A stretch of 44,589 nucleotides of DNA from sequence record SRR2962707_619. One strand, 5' to 3'. The notes beneath the pieces were generated by a model that searched no databases, had not been told where the DNA came from, and worked only from the letters and a program-made list of their open reading frames with translations. The translations under genes and the position numbers were made by a program. Below, one piece after another: positions 9,408 to 20,238 of this stretch. Positions within the stretch are counted from its first letter, which is position 1. Each line of letters starts with the position of its first letter.

Positions 9408-10476
9408 ACTTTAATGTCCCGTCATAGACAACGGCTTCGCCATCACGCGCAATCAAAGTGCCTAGTGTACTGACGATCTCGCCTTGCTGGGTCAAAATAT
9501 CTGCAACAGCTTTTGCCGCTTCCGGCTTGACCACGACAACCATGCCGACGCCGCAGTTGAACGTGCGCAGCATTTCAAGTGGCTCAACGCCGCCAGCTTT
9601 TGACAGCCAGCCAAAGACGGGCAGGGGTTTAAGCGCATCAAGGTCAATCTGCACCGCCAAAGTTTTAGGCAATACGCGCGGAATGTTTTCAGTAAAGCCG
9701 CCGCCAGTGATATGCGCCATTGCTTTAACAGCGCCAGTTTCACGGATCGCCGCGAGCAAAGATTTCACGTAAATTTTTGTCGGCTCAAGCAACGCTTCGC
9801 CGAGTGATAAATCTTTGTCGAATGGGGCAGGGTCTGCAAAGCCAACGCCTGCCACTTCCATGATTTTGCGCACGAGCGAAAAGCCGTTGGAGTGAACGCC
9901 AGAAGAAGCAAGGCCAAGGACAACATCGCCCGCTTCAATATCGTTTGTTGGGAGAAGTGTGCCGCGTTCAGCAGCACCCACTGCAAAGCCAGCAAGATCA
10001 TAGTCGCCGTCGCGGTACATGCCCGGCATTTCTGCCGTTTCGCCGCCGATCAGTGCGCAGCCAGCCTGTTTGCAACCCTCTGCAATGCCAGAAACAATCG
10101 CAGCGCCTTCATTCACATCTAATTTGCCGGTGGCAAAATAATCAAGGAAGAATAGGGGCTCTGCGCCTTGAACAACAAGGTCGTTGACGCACATCGCCAC
10201 AAGGTCAATGCCCACTGTGTCATGCTTGCCCGCATCGATAGCAATTTTAAGCTTAGTGCCAACGCCGTCATTGGCCGCAACGAGGATCGGATCGGTAAAA
10301 CCAGCCGCTTTAAGATCGAATAATCCGCCAAAGCCGCCAATTTCAGTGTCTGAGCCTGGACGCTTGGTTGCGCGCACCATTGGCTTGATCGCATCAACCA
10401 GCGCATTGCCTGCATCAATATCGACGCCAGCATCAGCATAGCTTAGTCCATTTTTACCGTGCTTTTGATCAGCCAT
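9400..10476 (-). CDS. purM: Phosphoribosylformylglycinamidine cyclo-ligase (AIR synthetase)
   Basis: [39 protein letters not shown] and RTFNCG. Confidence 0.98.
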   Translation of the reverse strand: MADQKHGKNGLSYADAGVDIDAGNALVDAIKPMVRATKRPGSDTEIGGFGGLFDLKAAGFTDPILVAANDGVGTKLKIAIDAGKHDTVGIDLVAMCVNDLVVQGAEPLFFLDYFATGKLDVNEGAAIVSGIAEGCKQAGCALIGGETAEMPGMYRDGDYDLAGFAVGAAERGTLLPTNDIEAGDVVLGLASSGVHSNGFSLVRKIMEVAGVGFADPAPFDKDLSLGEALLEPTKIYVKSLLAAIRETGAVKAMAHITGGGFTENIPRVLPKTLAVQIDLDALKPLPVFGWLSKAGGVEPLEMLRTFNCGVGMVVVVKPEAAKAVADILTQQGEIVSTLGTLIARDGEAVVYDGTLKFD

Positions 10477-10629
10477 GATTGCCCTTTAACCTGCGAAATT
10501 TCCAATTGTGGTGGGTCTATGCCATGACAGAGCAATATGCACCATCTTTTGCACTCAACTGCCACAGAAAAATTGCCTATTTTCAACCTATTTGTTGGCC
10601 TACACCTAATAACTATCTAAATAGTCCGC

Positions 10630-11220
10630 ATGAATAAAGGCAAACAGGCAGTGACGGGCAAAGCGCTCACCATCCCAAACTTGATATCGGCGCTGCGCTT
10701 TGTTGCGGTGCCCTTTGTTATTTATTTCATGCTTGCTGAGGATTGGACCTTGGCATTGATGGTGTTTTTGATCGCCGGTATATCCGATGCGATTGATGGC
10801 TACATTGCTCGAAGTTTTAATCAAATGAGCGAAATGGGCACCTATCTTGATCCGTTGGCTGACAAGGCTTTAATGGTGGCTGTGTTCATTATTTTGAGCG
10901 TATTTGAAGCGCTGCCGCTTTGGGTTGTTGTAGTTATTGTCGCGCGCGATGTTTTCATTGTTGGCGGCGTTGTGCTCGCCGCTATCGCCGGTTCGGCATT
11001 GAAAATTGCCCCAATTAAAGTCTCCAAGCTCACGACAGTTTTCCAAATCGCGCTTGCCGCCTATCTTCTGGCGCAAATGGCGGGGATCTTTTCAGCGAGT
11101 TTCATCGAGATTTTATTGATCTATGGCACAGCCATCTTGACCCTAGTATCGGCATCAGCCTATGGCGTGCTATGGTTTTCACATATGTCTGACAGCGCCG
11201 AGCGACGTGGAGAAAATTGA
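10630..11220 (+). CDS. CDP-alcohol phosphatidyltransferase family protein (second paralog)
   Basis: IPNLIS..R and DAIDGYIAR...GTYLDPLADK motif; about 6 TM segments; divergent from purM. Confidence 0.9.
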   Translation: MNKGKQAVTGKALTIPNLISALRFVAVPFVIYFMLAEDWTLALMVFLIAGISDAIDGYIARSFNQMSEMGTYLDPLADKALMVAVFIILSVFEALPLWVVVVIVARDVFIVGGVVLAAIAGSALKIAPIKVSKLTTVFQIALAAYLLAQMAGIFSASFIEILLIYGTAILTLVSASAYGVLWFSHMSDSAERRGEN

Positions 11221-12368
11221 TGAGTGAACATGTTTCAGCCGGTGCACTGCGCCGCCAAGCCATCTTCTGGCTGTTGGCCTTGGTTGGTGCCGCGCTATTT
11301 TTGACGATTTTTCGCGGTATCCTATTGCCGTTTCTCGCCGGATTTGCGCTCGCTTATATTTTAGACCCCATTGCCGATTACTTTGAACGAAAAGGCATGT
11401 CGCGGACATGGGCAACGATTACGATTTTGGTTGTCTTTGTTATCATATTAGTCGTCGCATTGTCGGTTCTTGTGCCTGTTTTAGCGGCGCAGGCGGTCGA
11501 TTTTACGGCTCGTATTCCAAGCTATTTGTCAAGCTTGCGCGATATGATCCGGAATTTGGAGTTTAACGCACCTTGGCTGAAGAACTATTTTGGGCTTGAT
11601 TTTTCCAGCGTGAGTTTAGGGTTAGACTCCAACGAACTGATGGGGAAATTCGACAAATACCTTCAAGAATCCTTCAGCGTTGTCGGTACAGTTTTGACTG
11701 GCCTTTGGAACTCCGGTCAAGCAGCCATGAACATCGTAGGCTTGCTCGTCGTTGCACCCGTCGTTGCTTTTTATATGCTACTTGACTGGGACCGAATGGT
11801 TGCGAAAATCGACAGCTGGGTGCCGCGTGAGCATGTCGATACCGTTCGCGGCCTTGGCCGTGAGGTTAACGACGCAATCGCTGGTTTTGTGCGCGGGCAG
11901 GGCACTGTTAGCCTGATGCTCGGCATTTTCTACGCTATTGGTTTGACGCTCTCAGGCCTTAATTTTGGACTTCTAATCGGCCTTCTAACAGGCGTTCTCA
12001 GCTTTATTCCCTATGTGGGCTCAGCCATTGGTCTCATTCTCTCTGTTGGTGTGGCGCTGGTTCAATTCTGGCCCGACTATATTCAAATTGGTATAGTCCT
12101 CGCCATTTTCGCCTTTGGTCAATTTGTTGAAGGCAATTTCCTGCAACCTAAACTCGTTGGCGAAAGCGTTGGTCTCCATCCGGTTTGGTTGATGTTCGCA
12201 TTGTTTGCCTTTGGCGCGTTGTTTGGCTTTATCGGTATGTTGATCGCCGTTCCAGCTGCTGCTGCAATTGGCGTTCTTGTCCGCTTTGGCTTGCATCGCT
12301 ATTTGGAGAGTGAGCTCTATCTCGGCGACGAGGCAGAGCCTGACCAAACACAAAATGATAATTTATGA
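11217..12368 (+). CDS. AI-2E family (PerM-like) permease
   Basis: Multi-TM protein with LAYILDP, FVRGQ, SFIPYVGS and QFVEGNFLQPKLVG..VGLHPV; canonical purM / AI-2E / hda neighbourhood. Confidence 0.92.
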   Translation: MMSEHVSAGALRRQAIFWLLALVGAALFLTIFRGILLPFLAGFALAYILDPIADYFERKGMSRTWATITILVVFVIILVVALSVLVPVLAAQAVDFTARIPSYLSSLRDMIRNLEFNAPWLKNYFGLDFSSVSLGLDSNELMGKFDKYLQESFSVVGTVLTGLWNSGQAAMNIVGLLVVAPVVAFYMLLDWDRMVAKIDSWVPREHVDTVRGLGREVNDAIAGFVRGQGTVSLMLGIFYAIGLTLSGLNFGLLIGLLTGVLSFIPYVGSAIGLILSVGVALVQFWPDYIQIGIVLAIFAFGQFVEGNFLQPKLVGESVGLHPVWLMFALFAFGALFGFIGMLIAVPAAAAIGVLVRFGLHRYLESELYLGDEAEPDQTQNDNL

Positions 12369-12405
12369 TCTGGCAAAATGACATAATGTATGAGTGCAAA
12401 GCCTA

Positions 12406-13101
12406 ATGGCAGATAGCAGCCAATTATTATTTGATCTTGGCACAGAGCCTTCGCTGACCCGTGATGATTTGATGGTGAGCACAGCCAATTTGGGTGCGGT
12501 GTCGCTGATTGATATTTGGCCGCAATGGCAGGCACCTTACGCTATTTTGACTGGCCCTAAAGGCAGCGGTAAAACCCATTTGGCTGAGATTTGGCGTATG
12601 AAAGCCAATGCGCACCGCGTCAACGCGGAGGCCTTCTCAAGCGTAGATTTAGATGCTGCTCAGGCAGGAAGGCCCATTCTAATTGACGATTTGACCTTCG
12701 ACGCACTGGATGAAACGGCATTGTTTCATTTGATGAACGCCGTGCGCACATCTCAATCCACCATGTTGATCACCGCTGCCACCCATCCAGAGTTTTGGGC
12801 CATTCAAACGCCAGATTTGGCATCACGCATCAAAGCAGCGATAAATCTGTCGATCCAAGAACCTGACGACACATTGATGAGCCTCGTTATCTCGAAGCTC
12901 TTTTCTGATCGCCAGATCAATGTGCCTGCGTCGGTCATCCAATATATGGTTCAGCGCATGGAACGCTCATTGGAGGCTGCAAATGACGCAGTCAATGCGA
13001 TAGATCGTTTAGCGCTGGAAACCAAATCTCCGGTTACCAAGCCATTGGTATCGCAGATCATAAAAGAGATGGATGACGGGCAGTCTGAGCTTGGTTTTTA
13101 A
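12406..13101 (+). CDS. hdaA: DnaA regulatory inactivator HdaA
   Basis: N-terminal clamp-binding-like QLLFDL, Walker A GPKGSGKT, LFHLMN and arginine finger DLASRI. Start may be GTG 12394 or ATG 12406. Confidence 0.9.
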   Translation: MADSSQLLFDLGTEPSLTRDDLMVSTANLGAVSLIDIWPQWQAPYAILTGPKGSGKTHLAEIWRMKANAHRVNAEAFSSVDLDAAQAGRPILIDDLTFDALDETALFHLMNAVRTSQSTMLITAATHPEFWAIQTPDLASRIKAAINLSIQEPDDTLMSLVISKLFSDRQINVPASVIQYMVQRMERSLEAANDAVNAIDRLALETKSPVTKPLVSQIIKEMDDGQSELGF

Positions 13102-13125
13102 GGGTCCGCCCAATTAAATTTTACC

Positions 13126-13165
13126 ATGTCATCATGCTGCGGTTCCAACGTCATTAAACTGTGAT
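13126..13165 (+). promoter_or_regulatory. Putative PhoB (Pho-box) direct-repeat array upstream of ppk1
   Basis: Four in-phase 11-bp units, ATGTCATcatg CTGCGGTtcca ACGTCATtaaa CTGTGAT, compared with the consensus CTGTCAT-N4-CTGTCAT. Confidence 0.65.
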
Positions 13166-13211
13166 ATTGTTGCTGCATCACTCGGTTTTTAAACGGAAAA
13201 AGCACAGTTCA

Positions 13212-15422
13212 ATGATCACCAGTTTGCAAGACTCATTTTTGGAAAACAAAACCAGCAATGCTGATTCACCAGTCGAAATGGTTGCCAACAATGATCCCGC
13301 CCGTTTTATAAACCGTGAGTTCTCTTGGTTGCAGTTCAACTGGCGTGTTTTGGCCGAAGCGCGAAACACAAAACAGCCGCTGCTGGAGCGCCTGCGCTTT
13401 TTATCAATTTCTGCAAGCAATCTAGATGAATTTTTCATGGTGCGGGTCGCAGGTCTTGCAGGTCATGTGCGCGAAGGCATTGCCCAAAATTCGCAAGACG
13501 GATTGTCAGCGCAGCAGCAACTTGATCTGATTTTAGAAGAGACTTCAGATCTGCAAAATGAACAGCAAGTCGTATATGCTGAGCTGCAAGAAGAGCTGGC
13601 TGTTGAAGGTGTTGAGATCGTGCGCGCTGAAAGCCTCAGCGATGCAGATATGGAATGGCTAGAACAACATTTTCACCAGACAATTTTCCCTGTGTTGACG
13701 CCGCTTTCAATTGATCCGGCCCATCCATTCCCGTTCATTCCAAATCTTGGGTTCTCGATTGCGTTGCAATTGGCCAATAGCAAAACCAACAAGCCAATGA
13801 ACGCGCTTATCCGCCTGCCGGTTGCGCTCCGCCGTTTCGTTGAAATTCCGACCATGGGCTCAAATTATCGCTTCATGTCTTTGGAATTCATCGTCGGCCT
13901 ATATATTTCAAAGCTTTATCCTGGTTATGAAATCAAAGGTTCAGGTACATTCCGCGTCATTCGCGACAGCGATCTTGAAGTAGAAGAAGAGGCCGAAGAC
14001 CTCGTTCATCACTTTGAAAGCGCGCTGAAACGCCGCCGTCGCGGCCAAGTTATTCGCATTGAGTTTGACCATGAAATGCCGCAGTCGCTGCGTGAATTTG
14101 TCAGCCATGAATTGGCAGTGCCTGATAGCCGCATCAGCGTGCAGCCGGGCCTTCTAGCGCTCAATACTGTTTCTGAAATCGTGAAGATACCGCGCGATAA
14201 TCTTCTGTTTAAGCCATACACAGCGCGCTTTCCCGAGCGCATTCGTGAACATTCCGGCGATTGCTTTGCTGCAATTTCTGAAAAAGATCTGATTATTCAC
14301 CATCCTTATGAGAGCTTTGATGTTGTGGTGCAGTTTTTGCGCCAAGCAGCAGCCGACCCGAACGTCTTGGCGATCAAACAAACACTCTATCGCACATCAA
14401 ACAACAGCCCGATTGTCCGCGCTCTGATGGACGCTGCGGAAGCCGGTAAATCTGTTACAGCGCTGGTCGAGCTAAAAGCCCGTTTTGACGAAGAAGCCAA
14501 CATTCGTTGGGCGAGGGACCTAGAGCGCGCCGGCGTTCAGGTTGTTTTCGGTTTTGTGGAGCTGAAAACGCATGCCAAAATGTCTCTTGTTGTGCGCAAC
14601 GAAGAATCCGGCCTCAAAAACTATGTCCACCTCGGCACGGGCAACTACCACCCAATTACGGCCAAGATTTACACGGACTTGTCCTATTTCACATGCAATG
14701 AAGAAATCGCCCATGATGTAGCGCGGGTGTTCAACTATATCACCAGCTATGCCGATCCGCGCGAAGATATGAAACTTGCCGTTTCTCCGCACTATATGCG
14801 CGGCCGTCTTCTAGGGCATATCCAAGACGAGATAGAACATGCAAAGGCTGGCCGTCCGGCTGCTATTTGGCTTAAAATGAACTCGCTGGTAGACACTGCA
14901 ATTATCGACGCACTTTATGAAGCAAGCGCCGCTGGCGTTGAAATTGACATGATTGTGCGCGGTATTTGCTGCCTTCGCCCGCAAGTGCCCGGTCTTTCAG
15001 ACAATATTCGCGTGAAATCGATTGTTGGCCGTTTCCTAGAGCACAGCCGCATCTATTGTTTTGGCAATGGCAAAGAACTGCCGTCTAAAAACGCGATTGT
15101 TTACATCGGTTCTGCCGATTTGATGACGCGAAACCTCAGCAGGCGCGTTGAAACGCTGGTTCCGCTCGAAAATCCAACGGTTTTACAGCAGGTGGTCAAT
15201 CAAATCATGCTGGCCAATTTCCTCGATAACCAGCAGAGCTATGATGTGTTGCCCAATGGGCGTTCTAAGCGTGTTGAACCGCTGGAAGATGAAGAGCCAT
15301 TTGACGCGCAAAACTACTTTATGACCAATCCAAGTCTGTCAGGACGAGGAAAGTCGTTGAAATCATCAGCCCCCGGATTGATTGCCTACAAAAAAAGGGC
15401 GAAAAGTATCACTGAACAATAA
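13212..15422 (+). CDS. ppk1: Polyphosphate kinase 1
   Basis: [42 protein letters not shown] (phospho-His), HLGTGNY and [13 protein letters not shown]. The exact start is uncertain; ATG 13212 is used because GTG 13161 lies within the Pho-box array. Confidence 0.97.
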   Translation: MITSLQDSFLENKTSNADSPVEMVANNDPARFINREFSWLQFNWRVLAEARNTKQPLLERLRFLSISASNLDEFFMVRVAGLAGHVREGIAQNSQDGLSAQQQLDLILEETSDLQNEQQVVYAELQEELAVEGVEIVRAESLSDADMEWLEQHFHQTIFPVLTPLSIDPAHPFPFIPNLGFSIALQLANSKTNKPMNALIRLPVALRRFVEIPTMGSNYRFMSLEFIVGLYISKLYPGYEIKGSGTFRVIRDSDLEVEEEAEDLVHHFESALKRRRRGQVIRIEFDHEMPQSLREFVSHELAVPDSRISVQPGLLALNTVSEIVKIPRDNLLFKPYTARFPERIREHSGDCFAAISEKDLIIHHPYESFDVVVQFLRQAAADPNVLAIKQTLYRTSNNSPIVRALMDAAEAGKSVTALVELKARFDEEANIRWARDLERAGVQVVFGFVELKTHAKMSLVVRNEESGLKNYVHLGTGNYHPITAKIYTDLSYFTCNEEIAHDVARVFNYITSYADPREDMKLAVSPHYMRGRLLGHIQDEIEHAKAGRPAAIWLKMNSLVDTAIIDALYEASAAGVEIDMIVRGICCLRPQVPGLSDNIRVKSIVGRFLEHSRIYCFGNGKELPSKNAIVYIGSADLMTRNLSRRVETLVPLENPTVLQQVVNQIMLANFLDNQQSYDVLPNGRSKRVEPLEDEEPFDAQNYFMTNPSLSGRGKSLKSSAPGLIAYKKRAKSITEQ

Positions 15423-15441
15423 TATAAATTAGCGGTGATAT

Positions 15442-16965
15442 GTGATTGAAACGGAAGACGCTCAAGGCCGCCTTAAAGGGCGTCAGCCCATCGCGGTTAT
15501 TGACATCGGGTCAAACTCAGTCCGGTTGGTAATTTACGAAGGGTTGGTTCGATCACCGTCAATTTTGTTCAATGAAAAAGTATCCTGCGGTTTAGGGCGC
15601 GGTATCGCATCCACCAATCGCATGGACAGCGATGCAGTTGTGGACGCTCTCGCATCACTTGTTCGCTTTAGAGCGCTATGCGATCAAGCAACGGTTGAAA
15701 CACTGCATGTGATTGCGACAGCGGCAGCACGCGAGGCCGAAAACGGGCCTGAATTCGTCAACGCAGCAGAAAAAATACTACGTCAGCCGATCCGTATTCT
15801 CTCCGGCGCTGAAGAGGCATTTTACGCCGCGCAAGGCATTATATCGGCTTTTCGCGATATAGACGGCATCGTCGGCGATCTCGGCGGCGGTAGCTTAGAG
15901 CTGATTGATATTCGCAACGAAAATATCTCTGATGGCATTACATTGCCTTTGGGCGTTATCCGGCTGACAGAGCGCTCAGGCAGTTCATTTCCTGAAGCTG
16001 AAAAGATCACCAAGCGCGATATGAAATCCAACAGCATGATCGCCATGGGCAAGGGACGTACATTTTATGCCGTTGGCGGCACTTGGCGTAACTTGGCAAA
16101 ATTGCACATTTCAAAATTGAATTATCCGCTTCATGTGACCCATGCCTATGAAATAGGGCCAGAAGAAGCGCTTAGCTTTCTTGAATCCATTGAAAATGGA
16201 AACGTCGAAGAATTTGAAGGCATCAGTGAAGTTTCCGGTTCACGCCGCCAATTATTGCCCTATGGCGCGATTGTGCTGGCCGAACTTATTCGCCAGATGA
16301 AACCGAGCCGTATCGTGTTTTCCTCTTCTGGCGTGCGTGAAGGTTATCTTTATTCATTGCTTGATGATGACATTAAGAAGCGTGACGCATTGATTGAAGC
16401 GGCTGATGAGCTGGCGATATTGCGTTCACGATCACCCAAACACGCGCGAGAACTGGCTGAATGGACCGGCGTTTGCTTCGATGTTTTTGGCATTGATGAA
16501 ACAATTGATGAGCAGCGCTACCGCCAAGCTGCCTGCCGCTTGGCTGATATTGGTTGGCGCGCGCATGCCGACTATCGCTCATTGCAGTCACTTGCGATCA
16601 TTGCCTATGGCAGCTTTGTGCAAATCGATCATCAAGGCCGCGCCTATATCTCACTTGCCAATTATTTCCGCTATGAGGGCCTAAAGAACAAAACCCTTGC
16701 GCCAGAAATTAGAAATATAACATCAGACAGAACGTGGGAACGGGCCAAACTGCTGGGCGGCTTTATGCGCCTAGCTTATTTGTTCACTGCAGCCATGCCG
16801 GACGTTTTGCCACAGATGCGCTGGAACCGCGTAAGCGATGGCAAAGTACAGCTGATAATTTCCAAAAAATTAGCACCATTGGCTGGCGAACGTCCCAAAG
16901 GACGCATCAGTCAGGTGGCAAAAATTGTGGGCACTGAGATTGAACTGGTAATCGCCGACGAGTGA
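15442..16965 (+). CDS. ppx: Exopolyphosphatase (Ppx/GppA family)
   Basis: IDIGSNSVRL, ATAAAREAENG, DLGGGSLE and GVREG, plus a C-terminal HD-like region; directly after ppk1. Confidence 0.96.
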   Translation: MIETEDAQGRLKGRQPIAVIDIGSNSVRLVIYEGLVRSPSILFNEKVSCGLGRGIASTNRMDSDAVVDALASLVRFRALCDQATVETLHVIATAAAREAENGPEFVNAAEKILRQPIRILSGAEEAFYAAQGIISAFRDIDGIVGDLGGGSLELIDIRNENISDGITLPLGVIRLTERSGSSFPEAEKITKRDMKSNSMIAMGKGRTFYAVGGTWRNLAKLHISKLNYPLHVTHAYEIGPEEALSFLESIENGNVEEFEGISEVSGSRRQLLPYGAIVLAELIRQMKPSRIVFSSSGVREGYLYSLLDDDIKKRDALIEAADELAILRSRSPKHARELAEWTGVCFDVFGIDETIDEQRYRQAACRLADIGWRAHADYRSLQSLAIIAYGSFVQIDHQGRAYISLANYFRYEGLKNKTLAPEIRNITSDRTWERAKLLGGFMRLAYLFTAAMPDVLPQMRWNRVSDGKVQLIISKKLAPLAGERPKGRISQVAKIVGTEIELVIADE

Positions 16966-16971
16966 GGCGGT

Positions 16972-18132
16972 CTAAGTCAGATCAACGAGATCAATTTTGC
17001 GCGATTTGAACTGCAAAGCGCTCTCGCCATTGATCAGTTTAACAGCACGGTCGCCAAATAGCTCTTTGCGCCAGCCTTTCATCGCCGCCACATCAGCTGC
17101 TTCGCCATGCACAGCGATCTGTTCCAGCTGGTCGCTTGAGGCGATGATTTTTGCCGCCACATCAAACTCTTCTGATGTGAGCTTTAAGAGCACTTTGAGC
17201 AGATCAACAGCGGCACTTGTGCCTTCAGGTGAATGAGCAGGGCGCGGAATTGTTGGCAAATCTTCGCGGTCAAGCGCATGGGCTTTTGCAACACATTCTA
17301 GGATGGATTGGCCTGCGGATGAATTTTCAAAACCTTTATGCAACGTGCGAAGGCGCGCCAACGCTTTGCTATCTTTTGGTTGGCTCTGCGCAATTTCATA
17401 GATGGAATCATCTTTAATCACTCGGCTGCGCGGAACATTGCGTTCACGCGCTAGATTTTCACGCCATTCGGCAAGATTTTTCAAAATTGCGAACTCAATT
17501 GGCTTCTTGATGCGCAATTTCAGGCGCGTCCAAGCATCTTCTGGCGCTAGATCATAGGTTGATGGCGTGGTGAGTATCGCCATTTCTTCTTCGAGCCAGT
17601 GCGCTCTGTTTTCTTCTTCAAGCTTTAATTTGAGATGTTTGTAAACATCGCGCAGATGGGTGACATCGGCCAACGCATATTCAAGCTGCTGGTCACTCAG
17701 CGGGCGTAGTTTCCAATTGGTAAAGCGCAAAGATTTGTCGATATTGGCGCCAGAAACGCGTTTGACGAGTTGGTCATAGGCAATTGAGTCGCCAAAGCCG
17801 CAAACCATTGCTGCGACTTGTGTATCAAAAAGCGGCGTCGGAATTTGGCGCGCTAATTTATAGAAAATTTCAACGTCTTGGCGGGCCGCGTGGAAAACTT
17901 TGATCACAGATGTATCGGCCATCAGATCAAACAAAGGCGTTAAATCAATACCTTCAGCATCGGGATCAATAAGCACGGCCTCATCTTCGGATGCTACTTG
18001 CACCAAGCATAAATCCGGCCAGAATGTCGTTTCACGAACAAATTCTGTATCGACGGTCACATAGTCATGGGCAGCAAACCGTGCGCAAACATCGGCGAGG
18101 GTTTGGGTGTCATTGATAGTTGTTAAGCTCAT
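16972..18132 (-). CDS. rnd: Ribonuclease D
   Basis: DEDD exonuclease motifs VDTEF, KVFHAARQD, DTQVAA and YALADV, followed by an HRDC domain (WRE..AR..NVPR). Confidence 0.96.
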   Translation of the reverse strand: MSLTTINDTQTLADVCARFAAHDYVTVDTEFVRETTFWPDLCLVQVASEDEAVLIDPDAEGIDLTPLFDLMADTSVIKVFHAARQDVEIFYKLARQIPTPLFDTQVAAMVCGFGDSIAYDQLVKRVSGANIDKSLRFTNWKLRPLSDQQLEYALADVTHLRDVYKHLKLKLEEENRAHWLEEEMAILTTPSTYDLAPEDAWTRLKLRIKKPIEFAILKNLAEWRENLARERNVPRSRVIKDDSIYEIAQSQPKDSKALARLRTLHKGFENSSAGQSILECVAKAHALDREDLPTIPRPAHSPEGTSAAVDLLKVLLKLTSEEFDVAAKIIASSDQLEQIAVHGEAADVAAMKGWRKELFGDRAVKLINGESALQFKSRKIDLVDLT

Positions 18133-18386
18133 ATTGGAGGTCTTTACCTGAGGGGACGACGCTTGTCGAACCGTTTTACATCGCTCTTTTTGATCCTTTA
18201 GTGCAAGCCTTTTACAGCCCTAATTCAGAGCAAAGTCTATATATAGGCGTCTAAACCATTCTGATTTTTGTCATTGCCTTGACAAATCGAGGTCATCATG
18301 CGCTTTTCCGCCGCGTTTCATTGCTTTTTCAGCACAGTCTATTATAGCGATGATCTCCAACAAACAAAGCATTGAAGGCTCCCATT

Positions 18387-20174
18387 ATGCACCGTTATCG
18401 CAGTCACACTTGTGGCGCATTGCGCAAATCAGACGCAGGAAACACTGTACGCTTATCTGGCTGGGTCCATCGCGTACGCGACCATGGCGGCGTTCTGTTC
18501 ATCGACCTACGCGACCATTATGGCATTACACAAGTTGTCGCCGATCCTGATTCGGGCTGTTTCAATATTGCTGAAATGGTACGCAGCGAATGGGTGATCC
18601 GTATCGACGGCCTCGTTAAAGCGCGCGATCAAGCAGCGATTAATGCCAACTTGCCGACTGGCGAGATCGAGGTTTTTGCTGGCGAGATTGAAATCTTGTC
18701 AAAAGCCGAAGAATTGCCAATGCCAGTCTTTGGTGAACCTGATTATCCAGAAGATATTCGCCTCAAATATCGCTTCCTCGATTTGCGCCGTGACACACTG
18801 CATAAAAACATTATGCAGCGCACACGCATCATCGCTAAAATGCGCGAAGAAATGGGCAAGATCGACTTTACTGAGTTCTCAACACCGATTTTGACCGCAT
18901 CGTCGCCAGAAGGCGCACGTGACTTCTTGGTGCCAAGCCGCATCCATGCCGGTCAGTTTTATGCGCTGCCGCAAGCACCGCAGCAATATAAACAGTTGAT
19001 CATGATGTCTGGCTTTGACCGGTATTTCCAAATCGCGCCGTGTTTCCGCGATGAAGATCCACGCGCAGACCGTTTGCCAGGCGAATTCTATCAGCTCGAC
19101 TTGGAAATGAGCTTTGTTGAGCAAGACGAAGTGCTTGAAACAGTCGAGCCAGTTATCCGCAATGTGTTTGAAGCCTTTGCCAATGGCAAACCGGTTACAC
19201 AGAACTTCCGCCGCATCGCCTATGATGATGCGATGCGCACCTATGGCTCTGATAAGCCTGACTTGCGCAACCCGATTGAAATGCAGGATGTGTCTGAACA
19301 TTTCCGTGGTTCTGGTTTCGGTGTTTTCGCAGGTATTTTGGACGCTGATCCAAAGCACCAAGTTTGGGCGATCCCAGTTAAAGGCGCAGGCAGCCGTAAA
19401 CATTGCGACCGTATGAATGCGTGGGCGCAAGGCGAAGGCCAGCCGGGCATGGGCTATATTTTCTGGCGCGAGCTTGAAGGTAAGTTTGATGCGGCAGGTC
19501 CAATTGCGAAAAACATTGGCGAAGAGCGCACAGAAGCGCTTCGTCAGCAGCTTGGTCTTGAGATTGGCGATGCTGTTTTCTTTGCCGCTGGCGATCCGAA
19601 GAAGTTCGTCAACTTTGCTGGCGCAGCGCGTCAAAAAGCGGGCGAAGAAGCCGGTCTTATCGATGAGAACCGCTTCGAGTTATGCTGGATTGTCGACTTC
19701 CCATTTTATGAGTGGGACGAAGAAAACAAAAAGGTTGAGTTCTCGCATAACCCGTTTTCTATGCCGCGCGGCGGCCTAGAAGCACTAGAAAACGAAGACC
19801 CACTGACAATTAAAGCCTACCAATATGATTTGGTCTGTAATGGTTTTGAAATCGCTTCTGGCGGTATCCGTAACCACTTGCCAGACACAATGGTTAAAGC
19901 GTTTGAAATTGCAGGATTGCCTAAAAATGTAGTTGAAGAACGCTTCGGCGCGCTTTACCGCGCATTCCAATATGGCGCACCGCCGCATGGCGGCATGGGC
20001 GCAGGCGTTGACCGTATTGTGATGCTTCTGGTTGGCGCAAAGAACTTGCGCGAGATCACAATGTTCCCGATGAACCAGCAGGCACGTGATGTGCTGATGG
20101 GTGCACCCGATCAAGTGGGCAATGAGCAGCTTCGCGAACTAAGCCTGCGCGTTAATCCGCTCGCTAAAGACTAA
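18387..20174 (+). CDS. aspS: Aspartate--tRNA ligase, probably non-discriminating Asp/Asn type
   Basis: [10 protein letters not shown] start, OB-fold [29 protein letters not shown] and GAPPHGG...GVDR. ATG 18387 is preferred over TTG 18372. Confidence 0.98.
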   Translation: MHRYRSHTCGALRKSDAGNTVRLSGWVHRVRDHGGVLFIDLRDHYGITQVVADPDSGCFNIAEMVRSEWVIRIDGLVKARDQAAINANLPTGEIEVFAGEIEILSKAEELPMPVFGEPDYPEDIRLKYRFLDLRRDTLHKNIMQRTRIIAKMREEMGKIDFTEFSTPILTASSPEGARDFLVPSRIHAGQFYALPQAPQQYKQLIMMSGFDRYFQIAPCFRDEDPRADRLPGEFYQLDLEMSFVEQDEVLETVEPVIRNVFEAFANGKPVTQNFRRIAYDDAMRTYGSDKPDLRNPIEMQDVSEHFRGSGFGVFAGILDADPKHQVWAIPVKGAGSRKHCDRMNAWAQGEGQPGMGYIFWRELEGKFDAAGPIAKNIGEERTEALRQQLGLEIGDAVFFAAGDPKKFVNFAGAARQKAGEEAGLIDENRFELCWIVDFPFYEWDEENKKVEFSHNPFSMPRGGLEALENEDPLTIKAYQYDLVCNGFEIASGGIRNHLPDTMVKAFEIAGLPKNVVEERFGALYRAFQYGAPPHGGMGAGVDRIVMLLVGAKNLREITMFPMNQQARDVLMGAPDQVGNEQLRELSLRVNPLAKD

Positions 20175-20190
20175 TTTGATTTAGACAAAC

Positions 20191-20227
20191 AAAAGCCCGC
20201 CGTGAGTTAATCGCGGCGGGCTTTTTT
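20191..20227. terminator. Bidirectional intrinsic terminator between aspS and the convergent gene
   Basis: AAAAGCCCGCCGTGA-gttaa-TCGCGGCGGGCTTTTTT, with A and T tracts on either side. Confidence 0.88.
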
Positions 20228-20238
20228 ATGCGTGGATA

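Noticed and set aside
10524..10530. CTGTCAT (minus strand) upstream of purM as a Pho box
   Set aside because: It is a single heptamer with no partner at 11-bp spacing.
18133..18386. Riboswitch, T-box or ncRNA in the 254-bp rnd-aspS gap
   Set aside because: A TTGACA (18279-18284) and CTATAT-like elements suggest ordinary divergent promoters. I could not identify a conserved RNA structure; a covariance-model search would be needed to exclude one.
18879..19634. 251-aa antisense ORF inside aspS, and the many other short shadow ORFs in the track
   Set aside because: They are fully nested opposite or within strongly conserved genes, have no recognisable motifs, and are explained by codon bias of the real gene.
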